DNA of 63,456 bases, the filler included, from Lenisia limosa (lineage: Eukaryota > Protista > Breviatea), in NCBI GenBank assembly GCA_001655205.1. It is 17 parts of 17 records of this genome, joined end to end, with 100 filler letters (N's around TTAATTAATTAA, not from the genome) between each part and the next. Parts side by side here need not be neighbours in the genome. Positions count along the whole stretch, not along the records: positions 34,616 to 51,114 come from LPNZ01007055.1; positions 51,215 to 53,484 come from LPNZ01001218.1; positions 53,585 to 57,571 come from LPNZ01005687.1; positions 57,672 to 59,528 come from LPNZ01002884.1; positions 59,629 to 62,176 come from LPNZ01000571.1; 12 more parts are not named here. One strand, 5' to 3'. Below the pieces are notes generated by a model, which saw only the letters and a list, made by a program, of their open reading frames with translations, had not been told where the DNA came from and did no database searches. Of the stretch, positions 48,381 through 59,749 are shown one piece after another. The translations under genes were made by a program, and so were the position numbers. Positions within the stretch are counted from its first letter, which is position 1, and the number at the start of each line of letters is the position of its first letter.

Positions 48381-51114
48381 ATGGGGGACAAAAGTATGTT
48401 CTACTAATTATTGAGTAACAATACAAGGTAGATATACCCGAATTTTTTGAAGTACCATTTTGCTTTGAAAAGTACTCAGTTTTGAGTTTTTATAACATTT
48501 CTTAGGTATCGCTAATCTGGATGAGTTTCCAGAGTTCCCTTCTTCTTTTGGGGAGCAAAGCTTCCCTTCATTCTCGTCTTATGACAAAGAGGATGTCAAG
48601 GTGAGGAGGTATCCTTTATTTTGTGTTGTTTTTCTTTTTGTGGTTACGTTTGACTCTGCATCTGATATTGTTTTTCCCAAAACGTGCTTTAGAGCAGTTG
48701 GAGTATACAACTCACCTACGAATATACTCTTTGTTTTTTGTATCATAGCATGGCTGTGGTAGAAAAGATCCGCTCCACCCCTACCCCATACTCATCCGAA
48801 CAGAAGGCGAAAGAAGTCGAAGATGAGGGTGCTGCTGCCGGCCCCGTAGTGGAGTTTGAGAATGACCCCGATGCCTTTCTGGGCCAAATTACACATGAGA
48901 TGGGGTTCAAACCATCAAAGCGGGCCCCTGTCAGGTTTGTGGAAGAAGGTGGAGAACTGTGCTGCAGGTTTCGGTCGTCACCTTTTAGTCTCGGGGACGA
49001 GCTTGAACATAAACGAAAGGAAAGGAAACGAGAGAAGAAGTGAGAGGCTGTGATCTGTTTGCCTTGATGTTGTGGGTAACTTGTGGTATTCTTGGCTTGG
49101 ACATGCCTATTTCATGAATATTTTGCTTTTTACGCAGCAGATTAGAGAAACAGAAGAGACGCGAAATTCTGAAGATCCAAATGAAAGAAGAAATTTTGGT
49201 GGAGACAGGGCTTTCAAAGTGGGAGTGGTAGTTTCTATCGTGATTTTAGCTATTTTGCCCTTTACCACCTCTATCCCCATTGTTGTTGAGAAAATGATTT
49301 TCTTTGGTTTGGGGAACCTGTGTACAGTGGCATTTGAGTTCTAATATATGCACCTGACCGCTGTAAGTCTTGACCGATTTATCGGGTCAGGATATGTGAG
49401 AGATCAGATGGTGATATGTTTTGTTGTAAAAGAATTACATTATGATGTGTTTTATTTTTTCTTGTTCTCTGATAGCCCTGTTCTATTCCTTTCTGCTTTG
49501 TCATGGTTGTACATTGATGAAAAATATTGGTTTTGTCTTATTATCTCACTGATTCACTTTCCAGGAATCAGCTGAAATCCGCGCGTCTTTTCGAAAGTGA
49601 TGTGACCCACCAAAAGCCCTATTTCTTCGATGTCAAAGGCGATCAGAATAACCTGGTTTATGGTGGGTTTGAGTAGCGTGGATGGACAACCAGATTGTTT
49701 TATGATAATATGAATAACTACGCGAAACCAGGACTTCTATTTTCCCAAAAATCTCGAATCTTCCGAGCTTGTTTCCCCATCTAAGCCCCTCTAACCCTCA
49801 AAGGAGGCCTGCACAGGGGTGATGTAGCGGTCTTCAGAAGAGTGCATCAGTTTGTGCTCGGAGCAAAGGACTATTTGGGGCGAAACGTGGGGAGGGCTCT
49901 GTACTTATTGCAGATGTGATGCGTTGCGGTTATGACTCTTTCATTCTTTAGGTGAAATTGACTTTCAAAGGAGGTATCATTAATGAGGTTTGAGGGAAGG
50001 CTTTTTCAATTTCTGCGGATGATGCCTTTACTCACTGCTTTGGCAGCCTGTGTATGTAGGTCTCACGAGTGTAGACCGAATTGACTCCTGCAACAGCCGT
50101 TCGCCTGCATCAGCGAAGAAGGCTGCCTGCTGCCCTTCCCATCAGGTAGGTTTGGTGCACATTATTTGGGATGGCTAAGCCTCTAATCCCCCCCCCCCCC
50201 NNNNNNNNNNNNNNNNNNNNNNNNNNNNNNNNNNNNNNNNNNNNNNNNNNNNNNNNNNNNNNNNNNNNNNNNNNNNNNNNNNNNNNNNNNNNNNNNNNNT
50301 GAGCCAGAAGAAATTATTATCTCGGGTAAGTTGTGGATTGGATGGTGGAAGGTGGATGAGAGAAGTGACCTTTTAGGTGAAGACGCATTCGAGGCAGATG
50401 GCAAATCATTCGGAGCACTGACAGAGGTGGGGATCCCTGATCTGCTTTGCTGTCATGATGTTTCGAGTCTTACTCTGTTAGTACTACATTCCCCTGCCTG
50501 ATGACGACGATCTAACTGAAGATCTTTTGGATGAAATGGCCCGAAAATCATCACGTATGCCTTGTTGAAGCAGCTAGAATGAGTTTACCTTTTCAGAAGA
50601 GGCACAGGAGGCTGAAATCATGGCCAAGACACGACAGTTCAATAGCAAGGTCCAAATGCATCCTGAAGATGTCACCACGTGGATCAAGTACATCAACTTC
50701 CAAGTCTGCTTCCTCTTCTTTTCTTTTTTGAGTTTTGATCATAAACATTCAACGTTCAATTTTTGGCAAGACTTATGTTCTAGGATAAAGCCATTTTGAC
50801 CCAACAAAAGCGGACCCTTGCAGCAATTAATGACAAAAAACTGGCCCTTTTGGAGAAAGGTTGGGATTTGAAACGTTACATCAGTTGTTCATCCCATCGC
50901 AATACTGATTCACCCCAACAGCCATTGACCGGAATCCGCTGTCTGCAGCTCTGATCGATATGAAGCTGGACGTTTCACGCAACCACATTCCACATAACGA
51001 ACTTCATAAAGTGGGCTTTTCCAGATAGTAATATATAATACCAATACGTTATGGAGGATGCGCTTTTGAACCTCATATATACATTATCCTTACCAAGCAG
51101 CTGTGGGAGAATAC
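48381..51114 (+). CDS. NRDE2: NRDE-2/Nrl1-like nuclear RNAi/splicing HAT-repeat protein (3'-truncated)
   Basis: FPSFSS N-terminus, FFDVKGDQNNLVY, AEIMAKTRQFNSKVQMHPEDVTTWIKYINFQ, KKLALLEKAIDRNPLSAALI and LW.. Confidence 0.8.
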
Positions 51115-51214
51115 NNNNNNNNNNNNNNNNNNNNNNNNNNNNNNNNNNNNNNNNNNNNTTAATTAATTAANNNNNNNNNNNNNNNNNNNNNNNNNNNNNN
51201 NNNNNNNNNNNNNN

Positions 51215-52358
51215 TCCTGATGTTGGATTATAAATACCGTTAACCAGCATCATACCGCAAGGGTCCTTGTCGTCCAAAAGCTGCACAACGACGGAAACAA
51301 CACGAGCAGGGAAGCTAACAGTGTGAATTATGGTTTTGGCATTGATGAGGAAGGTATTAATTATAGTTTTCTTGTGAAGGTGTTAATCATGGTCTTTACA
51401 TTAGTAAGTATATCAAGTACTCTAATTATTCTGTAAGCTCTACAACTATGATCTAAACAATACTAGAGGTATCAATTATGGTTTCGGTGCTATGGGCTTT
51501 TACAATTATGAGTAAACTAAGGGTGGCAAGAAAGGTCTTCGTATGTATTATTTTGTATCCTGATTATGGTTTATGTATTTTCTTGCTCTCAAAATAAAAA
51601 TAATAATAGTAATAATCATAATATTAATAATAATAATATTAATAATAACAGTAAGAATATGATAATAATCCAAAGAGGAAATCTAAATGTGTCAAGTGTG
51701 AACTAGTAATAATATTGCCTTACAACTACAGCTTCATTTCGGATCAAAAAAAAAGACTGAATTTCTCAATAAATCCTCGAAAACAATCAATATTTTCCCG
51801 AACCGAAGTGAAGCCAATCTTATTACTTTATTACATTCCACTCCCCCTCCAACCCCATTCTGGTCCATGTGTCACTATCAATGGTGTGCAGAGAGGCAAC
51901 ATCAGTGTACCAGTTGTCCTTCAGCGTCTTCACCAGGGGAGCAAGCTTGTCGTAAGGCCATCCACCCTGAATTGAATTAGATCAACCGTCAAACCGGCAA
52001 ATCTCTCAGTCTAAAACACCAAATGCCGCTCTGAATGCTTTAATATAATGTAGTTAACAAATCAACCGTAGGTAGAAGGAGGAGAGGGGATGCAATGGTT
52101 TTGTCCAGAAGAGACAATAGAGACCTAGCATTTCAGTCCTCAAATATTGGTTCCTTCTTGACTATGATATTCACCTAGCAGTAAAAAGCCTTGATATTCA
52201 AAAACCATCTCATGCCATCGGATGTTCTTGCTCACTCTTTTGGCGACTAATTCAAAGAACTGCTCCAGTGTCAGGTCATCCACGTTCTTGGCAACAGAAA
52301 CTTCAGCTCCAAGAAGCAATAGCGTAAATAGAAGCGCGAAAAAGGCAGAGTACCGCAT
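51215..52358 (-). CDS. Putative secreted protein, possible SAM-like helical domain
   Basis: Signal peptide MRYSAFFALLFTLLLLGAEVSVA. Exon LAPLVKTLKDNWYTDVASLHTIDSDTWTRMG joins to FPARVVSVVVQLL. Confidence 0.45.
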
Positions 52359-53594
52359 ATTTCGAGAGTTTAGACTACAATTATAATCTAAAATAAGCTC
52401 TCTCAACGAAATATACAACCTGCTTTTAGTATTTCGGTTGTTTTTTTCGGAAATGAAATTTTAAAGCGGAACCCGGGTCTCCCTGAGTCTATAAAAAGTA
52501 TATATCAAAAATATTCCAATCCTCTATGAGATAAGATTAGATCTTTGCCGGATCAATCTATACCTCAAAAACCAATTCCAGGGAAGTTAGAACAGTAACT
52601 CGTGCAGTTTGTTAAACCAGCTCCAACTCCTCCCCTTTCCTTTCTTCAGCAATGGGAGTCATTGAATTCCCCAGTGATATGCCTCCGGAGTCGCTGAGTC
52701 GCCGATCATCAGACAGCAGTGCCTCTTCAGGTTGGTGAATATCTAACTGTTGGTGCAGATCTAACGGTTCTCATACCTGTTCCATACCATGAAATTATTC
52801 AGAGAGTGCTGGAATGGATAGGTTTTTTGGTTTGTTCTGAGTTAACCTCCGGTTAATTTTCGCTAACTCTTGGGTTCTACTTGTAACTGTTTTGTTTTTC
52901 AGTTTACTTTCACTCTTCTTGTCTTGGTAATGATGGCGACAAAGTGGCGTATCTGCAATTGAGTTTTTTTTCTTCTATGAATTGCTCCTATTCTAATGTT
53001 TCTATGTCACATTGGGCATCCTCCTGCAATCTTCTATCATCACCCTCCCCGAGTGATGGGATGCGGTTCTGCAGAAGCAACTGGCCTGGGCTTTGTGTTT
53101 TTGTTGTTCTCAACCCTCTTGTGTTGTCATCTAACGGAGCCGATTTTGGGCTTTTTTGTGTGTTTAACAGATTTTCCAATTCAACCGCATAATAAAGTAG
53201 TTCAAGATTTGTACGTTTATACACTGCATACTCAGTAAGTAACTCTGTGAGACAAACCAAGTTTTTGGCGGTTGCCTTTTCCAAACTTTCCAACTGGCAC
53301 TAACAATCTTCATCAAATTTCCTTTACTTTCTTACATGATTTGTACGTTTACGCCAACTTCATCCAAATCTATCTAACGATTTGTACGTTTAAGCCATTT
53401 CCTTTTCTGTCTAATCGCGCAGGTCCCGGATGCGGCTACAAATCTCGCGATTTCAGGCCAGCTAAAGGTAGAGGGGGGGGGGGGNNNNNNNNNNNNNNNN
53501 NNNNNNNNNNNNNNNNNNNNNNNNNNNNTTAATTAATTAANNNNNNNNNNNNNNNNNNNNNNNNNNNNNNNNNNNNNNNNNNNNCCCCCCCCCC

Positions 53595-55130
53595 AGTACC
53601 AATTGTGTTAGCGGTTTAATCTCCTCTTGGTGCAGGAGGAACTCCTCTTCGATCGTCAAAAACTTCTAAAACGGATAAATTGGAGTAAAATTGGACAAGT
53701 TATGAAATAAAAATCTTGATTATAGTAGGGTCTCTATTGAAACTTGAAACTGAGGTGACTACACACACCTTTATTATATCCAGCTTTTGCATTCGAAGTC
53801 TACACTTCTGTGCGGGAGCCACTGGAAGGTAAAACAAAAGACTTTTTTTGTTCAAGAGAAATAATTTATTACATTAGAAATCTAGGAAAACAAACTGGGA
53901 TTCCATAAAGAAATTACCTTAAAAGAGGGGGGAGATATTTGATGACGAATGGATAGTTCAAGGTTGGGGGACGGGGTGAAATGAAAAATTGAAAAAGGAA
54001 ATTGTTATAAAACAAAAAAGGGAAAAAATCAACCTTGTTGACTGAAAACAGCCCCCCATACCTTTTGGCAGTTTCTGGAGAGTGTCATGTCCCCCTGTTC
54101 TCTTATGTTTCCTGGTAGAGTAAAAACAGGTTGGGGGGGGGGGGGNNNNNNNNNNNNNNNNNNNNNNNNNNNNNNNNNNNNNNNNNNNNNNNNNNNNNNN
54201 NNNNNNNNNNNNNNNNNNNNNNNNNNNNNNNNNNNNNNNNNNNNNNNNNNNNNNNNNNNNNNNNNNNNNNNNNNNNNNNNNNNNNNNNNNNNNNGACCCA
54301 AGTCGAGCTTGCCCATTCAACTACCCAAGAATAATCAGCTCAAGGTAAAATATTTTGGTTGACAGTCCCTCCATAGCTCCTTCAAAGAACCAAGAAGAAT
54401 AAACGCAAGTTTAAAATCCTTTGATCAGCAGTCCCTTCGTGACTAATCAAAAATATGCCTTGTTTTTTTTTGTTTTTTTTGACGTTTCACATTCCAAGTG
54501 GAGCTGGACCTCCATCCCTAACCCCCAAAAGACCCCGCAAACCTCGTGGACGGTCCAAGGTCCTTGTTTTCTTGGCTTTCCTGAAAGGATAAAATTTTTG
54601 GACAAGAAGATTTGGAACAGAAACACAAAAGATAAACATAATCAAAAGACCAGGCTTCCAAAGTTATAAACAGACTCGAAAAGATAACGTCTTATACTAT
54701 ATTGTAAACCTTGTTTTATTTCTACATATTGTAAACTCCAACCACCAAGATACTCCATTTCTTTTGTAATTAAAAACGGAAGAAAGGGATTAATAAAGCT
54801 CAAAAAAATGAGCGAATTGAAGTCTTGCGAGAAACAAGCAACAAAAGAAAGGCCAACAGAAAAACATTGGAATGCAGGTACGGCTGCAAGAGGAAACAAG
54901 ATCAGACTGCTAGTTTTTCAATGAAAGAAACAAAGAGAGGAAGGTTTTTAGAAGGCAGCGTTGAAAGCTCTTACAATGTTTTACAACAAAAAAGGCAAGA
55001 TATCCCCAAAGGAGACGATGAGAAGAGCAGACAAAAGGCAATTTGCCTGATCCAGCCCCACCTTTTCTTTATCGTCTTTCTGTTGATCAGGAGGGGCCTG
55101 ACCATTCGCACGACTCTGTCCCTGGCCCAT
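53595..55130 (-). CDS. RPT2: 26S proteasome AAA-ATPase Rpt2 (PSMC1)-like N-terminus
   Basis: MGQGQSRANGQAPPDQQKDDKEK (55062-55130), ..LGPSTR.., HDTLQKLPKVAPAQKCRLRMQKLDIIKKFLTIEEEFLLHQEEIKPL is colinear with the Rpt2 N-terminus. Confidence 0.8.
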
Positions 55131-57054
55131 TTTTCCCCTTTAGTCCACTCAGTTCAACAATTCAAACAGGCTGAGAAGGTGCTTCGAGAATATAACCTTG
55201 TACACACGTTTTTACTATTGTTACAAAGATATAAAGATGGAAATAGGGAATTTTCCAATGATTTTTTGAGTTTTCAGACTTTCTTTTTCTAGGGTGAATA
55301 TGCCCCCAGATTATTGATGCATCAAAGTTCAAAGTTGTGGCAGAGTTTTGGTTTGCTTCCCAATCACTATTGTATCACATATTATATTTAAGATCGATTT
55401 AAAAGAATAAAAAGTAACCACTATCGCTTGAGAGCTTTCCGTGCGAAGATCAGACCATCGGCAGCGACTTGTTAGCATGAGTAACGTACCCTCGCGGATA
55501 GGGTTCAAATGTGACCCTCCAAAGAAAGTGGGATGGGCTGTTGGGTTGATTATTTGTGTAATGCTTAGGTGAACTATGAGGTGGCCTTATTTCCTGTCAG
55601 TACTAGCTGTTTTTGCTCATTTTTTGGGCTGAACAAAATATTACTATACTAGAATCCAATATCTCATATATGCATGATGGAGTGGACGGCTTCGATTAGA
55701 CACCCCCTCCCCCCCTTGGTTTTCATTCTCACATATTCCCTGAATAATCACTCATTTCTACATATTCCTTGGAATAGCATCCCTTCTTTACAAGCTTGTT
55801 TTTTTGTTTTTTTTCTCTTAACTTTATCTTTATGATCCTAGTTTCAATAGAGACTTTCTTCATGATCCCTAATAGAGACTTTCCTGCAAAACGAACTTAT
55901 TTTACAATAACACTCGAGCTTATTTTGCACAGAAGTACGACATATTGTGTTACCATGACATGTGCATTTATTTTTGTGTACCAGTTGGCTACAAAGCAGA
56001 TGTGCTGCAGAGCGACTGGCCTGGGCTTTGTTTTGTTTTGTTGTTATCAGAGTTGATTTTTGGCTTCCCCGCCCAAAAAAATTCCATTGTTTTTTTTTTG
56101 ATTTGGGGCCTTTTTTTTTTGTTTGAGAGATTTTCCCCTTTACACACCACCCCCTCGTTTTTTTTTATTTCATAAATTTTCTAATTTTACCCCTCAAACA
56201 GCAACAAAAAAAAAATCTCCATCGAAATTTCCATCGTTTAACTCTCGCTCCCACCCCCAGTATAAATATGTGGTGTTTTTGAAAATTTCCCATTTTACTC
56301 CTCTCCTAGTACACACTAGCAAATGACACACTTCGTCCTTCAGTGTACCTCATACCGGATGTCAAGACCCCCCTGAGGATTTCTATGGCAAATCTGTTTG
56401 GGGGGGGGGGNNNNNNNNNNNNNNNNNNNNNNNNNNNNNNNNNNNNNNNNNNNNNNNNNNNNNNNNNNNNNATTTCCTGTCGTCTTTTTAAAAGCATACT
56501 CCATTTCAAATGTTGAAGGCAGAAGGTGGGGCTTCGGTTCAGTTGAAAAAAAGACTGAATTTCTCGATAAATCGTCGAAAACTATCGAGATTTTACCGAA
56601 ATTTTTCGAACCGAAGTGAAGTCCTACATATGCATTTTCGTCCTTTTAAAAACATATTCTAATACAAATGTTGAAGGAAGGAGGGGAAGAAGGATTTCGT
56701 AGTCTATTTTCACCATACCCCCCCTTTCACAGTTTTAAAATCAAATGATCAAAAATAGTTTAGCCCTCCTTTTTTTTTTAAAAAAAACCAAATTCATCAA
56801 TAACTGTGTATCACCCCCATACCCTCTATANNNNNNNNNNNNNNNNNNNNNNNNNNNNNNNNNNNNNNNNNNNNNNNNNNNNNNNNNNNNNNNNNNNNNN
56901 NNNNNNNNNNNNNNNNNNNNNNNNNNNNNNNNGGCCTGGCCTGGCCTGGCCTTTGTTTGTTTTGTTGTTTTCAATCGTGTGTTGTTAGCCAACAGAGGTG
57001 ATTTTGGTCTCTTTTTTTTCATGTAGATATATATTTCCAACTCTACTCCTCCAG

Positions 57055-57350
57055 AATCTTCGATACTGGATCTTTGCGTTAGAATTCGAATAATTAAATG
57101 TGTGGGGATAATGAAACATATTATGTGGGGGTTACACAGATTATTCGGTTCGTGATTAGCCACTATTCTTCATCGAAATTTCCATCTTTTTATTCCACCC
57201 AGAATTTCTTTTTTGTTTCATAAATTTTCCAATTTTACTCCTCTTAGAATCCCTCCCAAAGATGAGAAGTACCAAAAGATGGCAATTCGGCTTGCTTACG
57301 GCCTGACTTCCGATACCAATTCCATGGGACATGAATCTGCGTATAATCAG
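57055..57350 (+). CDS. Hypothetical protein exons
   Basis: Exon 57055-57077 (NLRYWIF) joins 57248-57350 (A-IPPKDEKYQKMAIRLAYGLTSDTNSMGHESAYNQ) in phase 2. Both acceptors are family D ends. Confidence 0.5.
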
Positions 57351-57671
57351 GTTGGCGTGGCTCGTGAGTCGGCGTATAATCAATTTAATTCATTGCGGAG
57401 GAGGGGGTGGAGTAAAACGAAGCAAATTTCGAGACTGTATCTACGATGAATTCGAATAGTTGAATGTGTGGGGATAATGAGACATATTAGGTGTATATAA
57501 TTAATTGGGGGTATCTGAGTTTTTTTTTTTCTCTTTCTTTTATAGTTTTCCAATATTTACCCCCCCCCCCCNNNNNNNNNNNNNNNNNNNNNNNNNNNNN
57601 NNNNNNNNNNNNNNNTTAATTAATTAANNNNNNNNNNNNNNNNNNNNNNNNNNNNNNNNNNNNNNNNNNNN

Positions 57672-59214
57672 AGGTGGAGGCCATGGTATGGAGTAAAGGA
57701 TATCACCAGAGCCACGCTCAGTGCTATATCTCCCGTCCCTCTCCTGTAATTAGTCACACCTCCAACATACCCGTCACACCCCCTCCCCACCTGTTAATAG
57801 TTTCTGTTGCTAGACCCATGTCGGGTGCTGACGGCATCACATCATCAAGATAGAACTGGCATCTCTATATTGTGTTAGACACAGATTACTTCTTAAACTG
57901 AAATACTAAATATAGTCATGCAATTATCTCTCCAGTTTTCTTTCTTCTATCACCCACCAGTCTTCTTTCTTCATGATCCCGAAGGCCCAAGGCGGCCATT
58001 TTGCGAGACATCCAGGACTCCGGATCCTCTCCCTCAAGTCGCAAGTTGAAGCGTGACACCTTCTTTTCCTTCTGAATATTGTTATTATGTAAGTATGATA
58101 TGTAAATTAATCTTCATATATGACTTAATATATACAATACTATGATGGAAGACTGCAAAATATGATTGGTTATTATATAGCTAATATAATATAGTATATT
58201 AATGATCAAATTGCAGTGTGTACCTTCTTCTCTTTCTGAACATTGACATTGTTGTTACAGAAAATGGATAAACTTTGAGATTGCATTTCTCATACAGCAT
58301 TTCTATATCATATATTGGAACTATACCATTCTTTGGATCACTTACACTGAAATTACCCGCGGAGAAGTACGGTTTCAACCCCCACACTTGGAAATGTTGT
58401 ATTACATGATATTAGAATGCTTCCCGTCCCTGGCACTATCACCTGAGAATGATTCCATCGAATGACGAAAAGGTCCTGGTCGGCAACGTAGCCTAAGACA
58501 GTGCACGGTCTCCACTGTTTCGAGCCATCGCCAAGGACCCACTGACTATCGCCTTTCACTACGTCACATTTCTAGGGGGGGGGGGGGGGGNNNNNNNNNN
58601 NNNNNNNNNNNNNNNNNNNNNNNNNNNNNNNNNNNNNNNNNNNNNNNNNNNNNNNNNNNNNNNNNNNNNNNNNNNNNNNNNNNNNNNNNNNNNNNNNNNN
58701 NNNNNNNNNNNNNNNNNNNNNNNNNNNNNNNNNNNNNNNNNNNNNNNNNNNNNNNNAGGCGGAAAGCGGGAAGAAAAATGGCATCCCTTGCGGGTAAAAT
58801 TGGAGAATTTATGCAATATAAAAGCCCAAAATCAACTCTGTTGGGGAGAGAAGGTAAAAATCGAAAATTGGTTTAAAGGATAAACAATTGCACAGAAGAT
58901 TTCAAAGCTGTGTGTGTTTGGGGGTGGGTGTATGTGATCCCAAATAAAAGCACATCTGTGCAGGGTTCAATTCAACCCATGGAACCCAAAGTAGGAAGGA
59001 GCATTCAAAAGGGAAGGATAGAAAGACAGCCAAGTTGAGCGGAAGGATAGAAAGACAGCCTAGTTTAGCGGAAGGATACAAAGACAGAGAGTCTAGTTTA
59101 TAAGAATGAAATGCGAAAAAAGGAACTGAAGGATGCCCACCTTCGTCCGGTTCAGAACGGGGCCCTTCGTCGTCGTCAATTGATAGCGGTGAGATGGTCT
59201 CAACTAATTCTAAA
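57672..59214 (-). CDS. Axonemal dynein heavy chain (DNAH1-like) N-terminal fragment
   Basis: GMPFFFPLSA.., QWRPCTVLGYVADQDLFVIRW, KKVSRFNLRLEGEDPESWMSRKMAALGLR..E and RCQFYLDDVMP resemble the DNAH1-type N-terminal region. No motor domain in the window. Confidence 0.5.
58787..58846 (-). mobile_element. Family D 3' part ending at an acceptor
   Basis: CAACAGAGTTGATTTTGGGCTTTTATATTGCATAAATTCTCCAATTTTACCCGCAAG|GGATGCCA; in phase with the upstream exon (intron 58787-59140). Confidence 0.75.
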
Positions 59215-59468
59215 GTGTAATACTGGGTCGTGGAGATAAAATGAAAACCTGTACATGGTGTTGATTTGAAGAACCTTCGAAGTAACAAACCCAAAATATC
59301 ATAAGTATATAACACAAATCAGAAGTAACGGAACATAATATCAGAAGTAATATCATATTCAAACACTCCCAATACCCCACCACTTACCAGAGGGAGTTGT
59401 TTGTTTCTGTAATTTTGAAGGGCTTAAGGGAGGTGAGGGAGTCCTGTAAACGTAAATGTCAAAACAGT

Positions 59469-59528
59469 ATATCATATCATATCATATCATAGCATATCAT
59501 ATCATATCATATCATAGCATATCATATC
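59469..59528. repeat. (ATCAT)n pentanucleotide microsatellite
   Basis: ATATCATATCATATCATATCATAGCAT... running to the scaffold end. Confidence 0.9.
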
Positions 59529-59749
59529 NNNNNNNNNNNNNNNNNNNNNNNNNNNNNNNNNNNNNNNNNNNNTTAATTAATTAANNNNNNNNNNNNNNNN
59601 NNNNNNNNNNNNNNNNNNNNNNNNNNNNTCCCCCCCCCCCCAGTGCTGCCCCAGTGCCCCCCTTTCATTTCTATTCTTAGTATTTCAAAGTTTATCATTA
59701 GGTATTCGTTTTTAAATCGGAATCTGAGGAAAGCGGGCTTTACCTTCAG

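Noticed and set aside
52600-53484. Gene model around the D copy at 53050-53185
   Set aside because: Strand and exons are unresolved, so this copy was not counted for or against the D orientation bias.
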